Below, in pieces: positions 1-8,598 of a DNA stretch of 64,000 nt. Where the stretch lies: the sequence record MT150133.1, one strand, 5' to 3'. The translations under genes were made by a program, and so were the position numbers. The notes beneath the pieces were generated by a model, which was given only the letters and a program-made list of their open reading frames with translations, was not told the DNA's origin and did not search any database. The DNA is from Enterobacteria phage vB_EcoM_IME540. The stretch's first letter is position 1. Each line of letters opens with the position of its first letter.

Positions 1-8
1 ATATTCAT

Positions 9-149
9 TTATTCCTCACCTTCATGTTTATGAGCAATTTCTTCGAATTCGCTGTCACAGTCTAAACAGGTTGCGTTATCCCAAGCATCAAATACCGCTT
101 GGTCTTCATAGACTGAACAACCACATACTACACATTCAAATTCTTCCAT
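9..149 (-). CDS. small Cys-rich hypothetical protein (46 aa, below ORF-track cutoff)
   Basis: ATG at 147-149 directly abuts stop of upstream ORF (TAAATG); GAGGA SD upstream; Cys pairs CxxC and CxxC suggest a zinc ribbon. Confidence 0.35.
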   Translation of the reverse strand: MEEFECVVCGCSVYEDQAVFDAWDNATCLDCDSEFEEIAHKHEGEE

Positions 150-344
150 TTAGATTTCCTCAATGCGAGCATCATGTTCATAAACTTCTACGTCGTCGAC
201 ATAGGCCTTGACTAGAATACTATTGACTTCAGCGAATTGGGTAGCCACCCACACAATATCGTTTTCACGCACTGAAGCTTCTTTGGTAGCGGTATCACCG
301 TTGGCGAAATGGCCGACAAATTTTACTTTAATTGATTCAGACAT
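150..344 (-). CDS. small hypothetical protein, possibly Dmd-like (T4 61.5 region)
   Basis: 64 aa ORF next to gene 41 where T4 has the 61.x/dmd genes; size similar to Dmd; similarity recalled, not verified. Confidence 0.4.
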   Translation of the reverse strand: MSESIKVKFVGHFANGDTATKEASVRENDIVWVATQFAEVNSILVKAYVDDVEVYEHDARIEEI

Positions 345-662
345 TTAGATTTCCTCGCAGAAGGCCCATTCAGCATGATAAACCGTAGCGCCTTTAGTAT
401 CATTTAAACAAACCACATCCACCGGAGCAATTACACGATAAAGACGGGGTTCTCCTCCCACTGAACGAGCTGCACGTCCAGCATAAATCTTAGCCAAACC
501 GATATCTTCAGTAAAGAACACACGATTTAGGTTTTTCTTACGACCGGTTTCAGACAGAACTCCTGTTTCCTCAGGAGGACAAAGCATATTACCGATATTA
601 GCGACACTACAACTTCCATGGTAATACACTTTATATTCTGCTTTACAGTCGATGGTTTTCAT
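345..662 (-). CDS. hypothetical protein (105 aa)
   Basis: ORF-track start is TTG; trimmed to ATG at 660-662 with GGAGA SD; early promoter element immediately upstream. Confidence 0.5.
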   Translation of the reverse strand: MKTIDCKAEYKVYYHGSCSVANIGNMLCPPEETGVLSETGRKKNLNRVFFTEDIGLAKIYAGRAARSVGGEPRLYRVIAPVDVVCLNDTKGATVYHAEWAFCEEI

Positions 663-679
663 TTTGTTCTCCAAGTTGA

Positions 680-716
680 TAGGTCTATAGTATCACGCCT
701 ACAGGAGATGTAAACC
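680..716 (-). promoter_or_regulatory. T4-type early promoter element (GTTTAC-N17-TACTAT)
   Basis: rc reads GTTTACATCTCCTGTAGGCGTGATACTATAGACCTATCAAC; member of a repeated family; sits upstream of ORF 345..662. Confidence 0.6.
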
Positions 717-724
717 CTTAAAAA

Positions 725-746
725 CAAAAAAGGAGCCGAAGCTCCT
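725..746 (-). terminator. intrinsic terminator hairpin (UUCG tetraloop) downstream of gene 41
   Basis: minus strand AAGGAGC-UUCG-GCTCCTT followed by T-run. Confidence 0.5.
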
Positions 747-2185
747 TAAAATTTGATAGATGCTGCTAAATCGTCCAAATCACTTCTATTAACACGCGTC
801 TGTCGATTGACCTCGGCCTGGCGATTCATCTCACCTGTAGCCTCACGAACAGTGTTCACTGGGCCTGGGTTGGAATCATCTTCAACTTCGTACCAACGTT
901 GATTTCCTTTCTTAACGCCAATCTTAAATTTGTTGTAGTAGCTCTTATCGCCATAACGAGATTTAAGCTGCTTAACCATCTGCATACCCATCTGAGCGAA
1001 CTCTTCTGTCTCGACCACACCCAACATGAAGTCTGCAGTATGTGCAATACCAAAGGATTCAGCAATATCGGCCATATCGATTTCGGCTGCAACGTTCGCA
1101 CCACGAGTAGTCTGGGCTGCAGTCCACAACAGTAATTTCTTCTCTACTGCAAGTCCACGTAGTTCTTCAGCAACCATCTTAATCAATCCGTAACTGTTTT
1201 CAGAGAAAACTTTCGTACGAGACGATGCACAGATAGCCAAGTAGTCAACGATAACGACCTGTGGGACAAAGTTTTGTTTGAGCTTGTATTCGTTTAATAA
1301 TGCACGGAATGTATCGGCATTAGCACCGCCAGTAGGATACTGTTTAATCTTTAAACGACCCAAGGTAGCAGTTGAACGCCATTTATCCATCTTAGCTTTA
1401 TATTCAGGCCAAGAGACGTGACCATCGTCAATATCGTCTAGTGATACATCCAGAAGGTTGGCATCGATACGCTTAGCACATACTTCCTCTGCCATCTCCA
1501 TGGAGATATAAAGAACATCGTAACCCGATTGAAGATAATCAGCAGCCAATGAACACAGACCCAGAGACTTACCTACGTTTGTTCCTGCCAACAATACGTT
1601 TTCAGTACCAAACTCAGCACCACCCTTGGTAATCTTATTCAGAATATTAAGACGGAATGGAACCTTACGTGCTTTATCAGAATAACTTTTGAATCGTTCT
1701 TCATAGTCATCCATCCAGTCATGACCTAATTCAGAATCGAAACAAATCGATAATGCATCACGCATGATATCTGGAATAGCACCAATACCTGGAAGTTTTC
1801 TATTTTGTTGCTCAACTGGAAGGTCGGCATTAGTTTGGATTTCAATGATTTTTGAAGTTGCATTATACATCGCTGCTTTCTGAACGTATTTCTCCGTCTC
1901 TTTAACCAACCATTCTTGGTCTTCAGGCCCGGAGTTCAGCGAACTTAAAAGCTCTTTAGCGCCTTGATGTTCAACTTCTGAAAGCGTACTGTTATCTAAT
2001 GCAATGCTCAATGCGTTCTTAGAAGGCACTGCATTATATTCATTGACGTGTTTTTTAATTTCTTTGAAAAGGGTCTTTGCAGGACCCTGGTCAAAATAAG
2101 AATCATTCATATAAGGCCAGACCTTAGTGAAATAATCACTATTGCCTAGCAGTTGAGCCAAAATAGTTTCTACCACTTCCACCAC
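746..2185 (-). CDS. 41: replicative DNA helicase gp41
   Basis: 479 aa; near-collinear with T4 gp41 (MVE...FxKVWPYM..., Walker A GTNVGKS, C-terminal LDxLAxxxKF). Confidence 0.95.
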   Translation of the reverse strand: MVEVVETILAQLLGNSDYFTKVWPYMNDSYFDQGPAKTLFKEIKKHVNEYNAVPSKNALSIALDNSTLSEVEHQGAKELLSSLNSGPEDQEWLVKETEKYVQKAAMYNATSKIIEIQTNADLPVEQQNRKLPGIGAIPDIMRDALSICFDSELGHDWMDDYEERFKSYSDKARKVPFRLNILNKITKGGAEFGTENVLLAGTNVGKSLGLCSLAADYLQSGYDVLYISMEMAEEVCAKRIDANLLDVSLDDIDDGHVSWPEYKAKMDKWRSTATLGRLKIKQYPTGGANADTFRALLNEYKLKQNFVPQVVIVDYLAICASSRTKVFSENSYGLIKMVAEELRGLAVEKKLLLWTAAQTTRGANVAAEIDMADIAESFGIAHTADFMLGVVETEEFAQMGMQMVKQLKSRYGDKSYYNKFKIGVKKGNQRWYEVEDDSNPGPVNTVREATGEMNRQAEVNRQTRVNRSDLDDLAASIKF

Positions 2186-2499
2186 CTCTTAGATTTAATT
2201 TTATCCAGTTCTTCTTGTATTTGCATTGTAACACATTTTTCTACATGAAGCGCTAGCTCTTCTTTTCGGTCTTCGGAAGGTGTTCCGAAATCAACCGACA
2301 CTTTTCCATCTTTCTCAATAACAATATTCATCACATAAACGATGTGAGCAGTGCCATCGGGTAAAGTAAGCATAATTTCCTGCTTAACCGATCCCATTGA
2401 CTTACGGATTATATCTAATGATTTCTCATAATAACGAGGGTCACTAGGACCCTCTTCGGTATCTTTAACGAAATTATCTAAATCAGATAAATCAGTCAT
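2170..2499 (-). CDS. 40: gp40-like head vertex assembly protein
   Basis: 109 aa ORF at the syntenic position between 41 and uvsX; size matches T4 gp40. Confidence 0.55.
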   Translation of the reverse strand: MTDLSDLDNFVKDTEEGPSDPRYYEKSLDIIRKSMGSVKQEIMLTLPDGTAHIVYVMNIVIEKDGKVSVDFGTPSEDRKEELALHVEKCVTMQIQEELDKIKSKRWWKW

Positions 2500-3664
2500 C
2501 TAAATCCATCTCTTCCAAATCGTTTTCGATATCAGCGGCGCTTTGGGCATTACCACCTAATTTAACAGCAACGTTCTTAGAGACACGAGAGTTAATAAGG
2601 TCGTTCACTGCATCGTCAACTTCTTTAATAGAATTAATTGCACCGAGCTTATACTTATTCTCGATTGCTTCACGGAACGGGGCATGTTTAAACAGCGGTC
2701 CCCAGAACTCGACACAATCGGTAGCTTTAGCACGCCATGCTTTTTCTTCTTGAACCATTTCGCCTGTGGTTTCGTCAAGGAATGCACGATTATACCAGCC
2801 AGCTTTAGGTTTCACGACAAAGCCAATATCAGTAGCCATTTCAAGCAATCCACTGAATGGGTCGATACCACCTTCGAAGTTAACGGTGATAGGGAACGTT
2901 GATTTCTCTTTAACCGTACGAGATTTCTCAGCCTTCAGTGTGAAGTCATAACCAGTGAGCTCGGTACCATCTTTAACCTGACGTTTAGAGATAAAGAACA
3001 CGGTAGAAGCAGAGTACAGAATACCAGTACCACCACCCATAATCTCTTTAGGATACATTCCACCAATTTCCATAGCCGTGTGGTTGATTGCTACACAAGG
3101 GATATCTTTGATAGTCAGATAAGGTGTTACGATACGGAACAGAGATTTCAGTGACTTAGCACGGGTCATATCACCTACAACTTTCTCGTTCAAAGCATCT
3201 TCGGTTTCTTTCTTAGAAGCAGTGTTACCAATGGAGTCGATAAAGATAATAACCTTTTCGCCACGAGTAATTTCTTCTAACTGGTTGGTCATATCAACTT
3301 TAAGCTGTTCGACTGACTGGATTGGTGTATGAACCACACGTTCCAAATCAACACCCATCGAACGGAAATAAGATTCTGAAGCACCAAACTCAGAGTCATA
3401 GAACAAACAAATTGCGTCTGGATATTTCTTCATATATGCCGCAACCATGGTAAGTCCAAACAACGTTTTAAAGTGTTTAGATGGAGCAGCAAAGATTGTC
3501 AAACCTGATTGTAAGCCTGCATTCAACGCACCGCCTAATGCAATATTCAGCATAGGGATACGAGTAGGAACTTCGTCACGACCATTAAACAATTTAGATT
3601 TGGTCAGGTCGGCGGTCATTTTAGAAGTAGAAGCTTTAATCAAACGGGATTTTAAATCAGACAT
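2492..3664 (-). CDS. uvsX: UvsX recombinase (RecA-like)
   Basis: 390 aa; N-terminus MSDLKSRLIKASTSK and overall sequence match T4 UvsX. Confidence 0.95.
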   Translation of the reverse strand: MSDLKSRLIKASTSKMTADLTKSKLFNGRDEVPTRIPMLNIALGGALNAGLQSGLTIFAAPSKHFKTLFGLTMVAAYMKKYPDAICLFYDSEFGASESYFRSMGVDLERVVHTPIQSVEQLKVDMTNQLEEITRGEKVIIFIDSIGNTASKKETEDALNEKVVGDMTRAKSLKSLFRIVTPYLTIKDIPCVAINHTAMEIGGMYPKEIMGGGTGILYSASTVFFISKRQVKDGTELTGYDFTLKAEKSRTVKEKSTFPITVNFEGGIDPFSGLLEMATDIGFVVKPKAGWYNRAFLDETTGEMVQEEKAWRAKATDCVEFWGPLFKHAPFREAIENKYKLGAINSIKEVDDAVNDLINSRVSKNVAVKLGGNAQSAADIENDLEEMDLDD

Positions 3665-3741
3665 TATATTTTTCCATAGGCATCATTATATTTTACTCAC
3701 GTTTTAAGATAGGGTAATTATATCACTTCACATTTACAGCG

Positions 3742-4635
3742 TTAAAGGACCACGTCCTCATAACTTGGCATTTCGTGCTCAGAATGGATGTGGGCACCGA
3801 AATAAATGAATTCAGCCAGACCAGGATGGAATACTAAACTGGGATTCTCATGATAAATGATATGAGGTCTTGATTTCAGAATCTGATAATATTCAACCTT
3901 ACTCGGTTTGAATTTAATAATCTCTACATCAGGACGATGGTCTTCACGCTTAAATGAATCATTCGGATCGGTGATATAAAGGCGAGAACCTTCAGCCGCA
4001 GCTTGGTCTACAACTCTTTCGAATTGATAGCATTTATCTGAGATACGGAATGGATGGAAAATACCATCAATTTTAATAGGCGCTAGACCTTCAGAGTAAC
4101 GCTCAATTACTGCGGGATTAATTACCTTTTGGTCTACAAAAATCTTATCAGAGGACGCACCTCGTGACACCAGGACGTCTTTCTGACATTGATTCAAGAC
4201 TGTAGTATAAATCGAACGTTCAACTGAGGACACGTCGGTATCAATAAACTCGTCGATATAATAACGAGGAACTTCAGGGTCCATTGTAATGTTAAAGTTG
4301 AATTGTACAGTCTGAGTGCCATCATAACCTGTGATATCGGTTACCAATCCTGAGCAGTCATAGTATTCGATTAACGAATCAACAACGAACTCGTTTTCAG
4401 ACCAAAAATGTTTACGAGTTTCATAAGCATTTTCTTTATACCAAAGCGGTACAAAATTCAGTTCAGGAAATAATTCAATGCATTCTTTGATATCGCTCGA
4501 ATTTCTAGGATAAGCCAGATAATCACCTGGGCAAGCACGGTTTAAATGGAGTTGAAAATTACCGTCCTTAAGGACGGCATATTCACCTGTTTCGTAACTA
4601 CGCATACTGAAAATAGGAACGATAAACAAACTCAT
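3742..4635 (-). CDS. hypothetical protein (297 aa) at the T4 beta-gt position
   Basis: long ORF translationally coupled to gene 42 (ATGA overlap at 4632-4635); no resemblance to T4 beta-glucosyltransferase that I can recognise. Confidence 0.6.
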   Translation of the reverse strand: MSLFIVPIFSMRSYETGEYAVLKDGNFQLHLNRACPGDYLAYPRNSSDIKECIELFPELNFVPLWYKENAYETRKHFWSENEFVVDSLIEYYDCSGLVTDITGYDGTQTVQFNFNITMDPEVPRYYIDEFIDTDVSSVERSIYTTVLNQCQKDVLVSRGASSDKIFVDQKVINPAVIERYSEGLAPIKIDGIFHPFRISDKCYQFERVVDQAAAEGSRLYITDPNDSFKREDHRPDVEIIKFKPSKVEYYQILKSRPHIIYHENPSLVFHPGLAEFIYFGAHIHSEHEMPSYEDVVL

Positions 4636-5330
4636 TTCAGGAATCCTCGAACGTAGTCAAAATCACGTTCAAATACGTGTGCACTAACCATAGTATGGGA
4701 ATACGTACCCAGACCAACACCACACTGTTCAGCAATAAAGGCCATCAGTTTACCCTGCAGATAGAAATCCAGCTGCATAACAATAGCACAGTTCTGTGAA
4801 CGCATATGGGTATGTGCATAAAGACGTCCATCACGAATATAATATGTCACTGAATCAGTACATGGATATTCTAAGGATTCGTCAGAATCAAGGAGGGCTT
4901 GGTCTTGTTCTTGGAGAATTTGGAACACAACTCGTCTTGAGTTAGGCTTCTCTTTAAGCTCTTTAAGTAAGGCTGGGAGTTGGGCCACAATTCTAGGTCC
5001 ATAGAAAGTGTTGAAGTTTGCAGGCAATACGTCACTTTTCGGCTTATCAATGAACTTAGCAACATTAGGGTATTCCTTAAATGCTTCGGCGGCGTCAGTA
5101 CCACCAGAAATCATAAACTTCCAGAAAGATTCGGCATAATCATAGTTGATACGATTAATACGAGGGTCGGTGAATTTATAGGTGCTTGCATCCAGTACTT
5201 CTACCGAAGCAGAACCAATTTCATAACAACAGCCGATACGAGAATCAACTGCAAACTGTGGAGCTTCCAGGATTTCTTCGTTCATTTGCTTAAACGCGTT
5301 TTCAAAACTAACAGCGGTAATGTGTTTCAT
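4632..5330 (-). CDS. 42: dCMP hydroxymethylase (thymidylate-synthase fold)
   Basis: 232 aa; PCTDSVTYYIRD and RSQN motifs parallel T4 gp42 CTNTVQYLIRD / RSND; syntenic with T4 gene 42. Confidence 0.8.
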   Translation of the reverse strand: MKHITAVSFENAFKQMNEEILEAPQFAVDSRIGCCYEIGSASVEVLDASTYKFTDPRINRINYDYAESFWKFMISGGTDAAEAFKEYPNVAKFIDKPKSDVLPANFNTFYGPRIVAQLPALLKELKEKPNSRRVVFQILQEQDQALLDSDESLEYPCTDSVTYYIRDGRLYAHTHMRSQNCAIVMQLDFYLQGKLMAFIAEQCGVGLGTYSHTMVSAHVFERDFDYVRGFLK

Positions 5331-5863
5331 TTATTCACCTTATTTTCAATATATTCATTCAGACGTTTTAATTCTACCATATCGACGTTAAGCAAGTTAT
5401 TATGGCCGTCGTGATTTAAGATTTTAAACACGTTTTCAAAACATGTTTCATATTGCCGGATAGTTAGGTTGAACTCATCTTTGGTTAATTTAATAAGGTC
5501 ATCTTCAAAGTCTTTATCCAGTGGATTACGGGTTAAAATAACCTCAATAATATTGAATTCAGATTTAAACCCTTTCCAATCTTCCAGTTCTACATAAGGG
5601 TCCATTTCACCACGAAGGAATCCAGAGTAAACAATATTACTAGGATACCCACGGTCTAAGATGTAGACAAAATTAGGGTCTAAAAACTTATACAACGTCT
5701 CGACTAAAGCCTTGTCATTATCAGTCCCTAATGAAATGCATTTGCCATTAATCTTTTTAGGGAAATCAATAAGACGATATTTCTTATCAGATAAAAGTGA
5801 TTCAATTAAAGTAGACTTCCCGGAATTATCCGGGCCGTCGATAACAATGATTTTTGGTTTCAC
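5327..5863 (-). CDS. P-loop kinase, thymidylate-kinase-like
   Basis: Walker A IVIDGPDNSGKST and TMK-like DRGY motif (YILDRGYPSNIVYSG); 178 aa. Confidence 0.65.
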   Translation of the reverse strand: MKPKIIVIDGPDNSGKSTLIESLLSDKKYRLIDFPKKINGKCISLGTDNDKALVETLYKFLDPNFVYILDRGYPSNIVYSGFLRGEMDPYVELEDWKGFKSEFNIIEVILTRNPLDKDFEDDLIKLTKDEFNLTIRQYETCFENVFKILNHDGHNNLLNVDMVELKRLNEYIENKVNK

Positions 5864-6234
5864 GGATGATATGCCTTATAGGTTTCAAGAGTTCCTTCAC
5901 GAACCATTTCTTTAAAGTGGTCAGGACGGATTGCTCGGTCATCGATGATAAAAGTATAACTCGGCTTATGTGTAAGCAGATTGTGATATTTCAATCCAAT
6001 CTTTTCAAGGTTCTTAACTAATGCAGGAACTACTTCAACCAAGATTCGACCTGGGCCGCATGAAGTCATACCACGGGCAGTGAACAAGGTAATCTCGTAC
6101 CCTTCATCATAAAGCTTATTAATCACGGACACCATTTCGGTGTCCGGTTTAAAGTTTTCGTAATCACGGTCATCTTGCCAGTGAGTAATGGTATTATCGA
6201 TATCAAAACACAGATGCATTAAATTTTCTTCCAT
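5860..6234 (-). CDS. HAD-superfamily phosphatase (small, capless)
   Basis: all four HAD motifs: FDIDNT, LFTAR, HKPS, FIIDDR; alternative ATG at 6219 couples to upstream stop (TAATG). Confidence 0.65.
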   Translation of the reverse strand: MEENLMHLCFDIDNTITHWQDDRDYENFKPDTEMVSVINKLYDEGYEITLFTARGMTSCGPGRILVEVVPALVKNLEKIGLKYHNLLTHKPSYTFIIDDRAIRPDHFKEMVREGTLETYKAYHP

Positions 6235-7892
6235 TGTTTGTGGAGTTCGGTAGAACCTGTAGGTTTATATTTTACACCAGTTTCCTGGTCAAGCAAAACC
6301 CACTTATCAGGACAACGAGTGATAATTTGAGCCGTGATAGGGTCGCGAACTTCATCAACGAATTCACCTGTGATAAGCTTACGCTTACGAGGATGCCGCT
6401 TCAGCAGCACACTCAGTTGATATAGCCCATTGTAATAAGCGCCCAGAGCTTTCAGAGGGTTATTTTTAAAGTAACCTGCCAATGCCATCCAGATAACAGC
6501 AATCCAGAGCTTGTGCTTAAATGTACACATCGGAATATCATCTAAAGGCATAACCTTTTCAATATCAACGAATACACGAGTTCCGTTACGAGTTAAGCCA
6601 CCCCATAGAGGGTCAGAGTTAAATTTGTCATAACCATCGATAGAATAAAGCACCTTAGCTTCATCATAAATCGCAGGGCCTTTAGAACTATTACCAAAAT
6701 AACCACGTGGGTCGATGATTTTAATATTACCTTCGTCCGACAACATAATATTACTGTAGTGCGGGTCGCCATGAATAAGTTGGTACGGTTCTTTATGTTC
6801 AGACAGAATTTCTAAGGCGTGACGAAGAAGTTTTTCTGGGTCGCCTACCTTGAAGTCGTTAACATGGGTAATACCCTGTGGAGCAAAGCCTTCAATCAAT
6901 CCGGCAATAGAAGCATTACGAATAAGGACCTTGTCCAATACTTCTTTCTTAACATCAGAATACCATTGCTCATCGGATGGATTATCGATAGTTCCACCGA
7001 ATGAACGTAATGCACTAATGACCTTATAAACCATGAGGACTTTAGTTTCTTTAGACATAAACCGATAGGCGTCTGCCATGGTGCGACCAAAGATACGTTC
7101 CATTTTAATGAATTCACCTGGAGCAAAGTCTACAATGCTAGGAACGAATTCAGAATCAATAGAATTGTACCAATTGATTTCTTTAGATTGGATTTCTTTA
7201 CCTAATTCGTTTGTAGGTACTTTAATAGCTAGATTCTCAGTGAACTCTAATTTATTAAATTCACGGTTAATTTCAGAATCTTCATGGGCCTTAGCCAGTT
7301 TCAGTTTGTCACCAACATCAACTACAAAGTCTAACTTACGTTCAGTCAAATGGACCATTGAATCCAGGTTGTCAGCAAGGTCTTCACCATAATTAGAACG
7401 GTCGAAACCTGTCCAATTAGCCACCTGATACAAGCCAACTACGCCACCACCGGTACCAATTTCACGCAAGTACGGTTCTTCAAATGTAAAACGACAGTCA
7501 GTCCCATAGGTATAACAGTAGTCGTTATCCCACTCAACTTTATGACCTTCAGGAATAATATCACACCAGTTAAACAAGACATTGTGCCCAATGATATCTT
7601 CGGCAATGCAATCGATAGCATGAGCCGAACCATTGGCAACATCAACGTTACGAATAGTGAATTTAGGCTTATCACTATTAATCATGTTAATGGATTTAAT
7701 ATAGCCTTTAACGAGGTCGTTAAATTTGCTGTGAATAACCAGAATAATTTCATCTGATTGATTACTATACAAATCATACAAATGTTTTAATACAGTATGT
7801 TGTTTGTAGTTAACCAGTACCTTCGGGATTTCGTTGGTAATTGGATACAACCGTGAGCCAAGACCCGCGCCTAAAATAACAACCTTTTTCAT
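6219..7892 (-). CDS. bifunctional nucleotidyltransferase (N-terminal) / APH-ChoK-like kinase (C-terminal)
   Basis: N-terminus VVILGAGLGSRL (sugar-1-P/LicC-type NTase glycine loop); C-terminus LIHGDPHYSNIM...IIDPRGY (Brenner HGDxxxxN kinase motif); start trimmed to MKKVVILG with GAGGAA SD. Confidence 0.7.
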   Translation of the reverse strand: MKKVVILGAGLGSRLYPITNEIPKVLVNYKQHTVLKHLYDLYSNQSDEIILVIHSKFNDLVKGYIKSINMINSDKPKFTIRNVDVANGSAHAIDCIAEDIIGHNVLFNWCDIIPEGHKVEWDNDYCYTYGTDCRFTFEEPYLREIGTGGGVVGLYQVANWTGFDRSNYGEDLADNLDSMVHLTERKLDFVVDVGDKLKLAKAHEDSEINREFNKLEFTENLAIKVPTNELGKEIQSKEINWYNSIDSEFVPSIVDFAPGEFIKMERIFGRTMADAYRFMSKETKVLMVYKVISALRSFGGTIDNPSDEQWYSDVKKEVLDKVLIRNASIAGLIEGFAPQGITHVNDFKVGDPEKLLRHALEILSEHKEPYQLIHGDPHYSNIMLSDEGNIKIIDPRGYFGNSSKGPAIYDEAKVLYSIDGYDKFNSDPLWGGLTRNGTRVFVDIEKVMPLDDIPMCTFKHKLWIAVIWMALAGYFKNNPLKALGAYYNGLYQLSVLLKRHPRKRKLITGEFVDEVRDPITAQIITRCPDKWVLLDQETGVKYKPTGSTELHKQWKKI

Positions 7893-7952
7893 TATCTGTT
7901 CCTCAAGTGAATGTAGGTACATTATACACTATTTTTAATAAATTGGTATTGC

Positions 7953-8453
7953 TTAAATCTTATCTTTACCGATTTCAATACACTGTTCTATTGCCGCCGG
8001 TGCTTTGGTCTTGAGCTTATCGATTTGTTTCTTATAATCACGAGCTTTACCGAAGCTCTCGGTTTCGAGCATTTCGTAATAACGAGCCTCGTGGATGGAA
8101 ATCTGTAGATTGATATGGTTTACGCACATCGCATACAGTTTCTGCTTTTTGTACAAATCATCTTGACGCTTCATTTCTGCCTGGTGTTTGGCTAGTACCG
8201 CTTCACGCTTGGACTCTTGTTCACGTTGGAATTCGATTTCTTGTTGAGCATATTTTGCACAGTTATTACCGCATTGATTATTAGCTCGGGTGTACACAAG
8301 TCCAGAACCTGCACGGAATTTCATTTCGCCATCGAATTGTTTCTGTTCAGCTGCGATACGAGCTTTACCAACTTCATCGGCCGAAACTGTATCACCATAT
8401 TGGACCGCGCAACCTGATAGGAGCATACTCATTGCGATAATTAACTTTTTCAT
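7953..8453 (-). CDS. lipoprotein (signal peptide + lipobox LLSGC)
   Basis: MKKLIIAMSMLLSGC lipobox; charged coiled-coil-like mature part; adjacent to imm. Confidence 0.65.
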   Translation of the reverse strand: MKKLIIAMSMLLSGCAVQYGDTVSADEVGKARIAAEQKQFDGEMKFRAGSGLVYTRANNQCGNNCAKYAQQEIEFQREQESKREAVLAKHQAEMKRQDDLYKKQKLYAMCVNHINLQISIHEARYYEMLETESFGKARDYKKQIDKLKTKAPAAIEQCIEIGKDKI

Positions 8454-8460
8454 AATATCC

Positions 8461-8598
8461 TCAATTAAAACAGTTATACTTAATTTGTGCTATAAGAATA
8501 ATCCATCCAATGATGAGTGTCGGAATCATTGGGGGAATTGCCACTGCCCAATAAATGGTAAAGGCAGTCATTATAAGAAATAAAATAATTATTTTCAT
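8461..8598 (-). CDS. small hydrophobic membrane protein (45 aa, below ORF-track cutoff)
   Basis: ATGA overlap with imm stop at 8595-8598; MKIIILFLIMTAFTIYWAVAIPPMIPTLIIGWIILIAQ is almost entirely hydrophobic. Confidence 0.4.
   Translation of the reverse strand: MKIIILFLIMTAFTIYWAVAIPPMIPTLIIGWIILIAQIKYNCFN

Noticed and set aside
3742-4635. Naming the 297-aa protein beta-glucosyltransferase on synteny alone
   Set aside because: No sequence resemblance to T4 beta-gt that I can recognise; kept as unknown.
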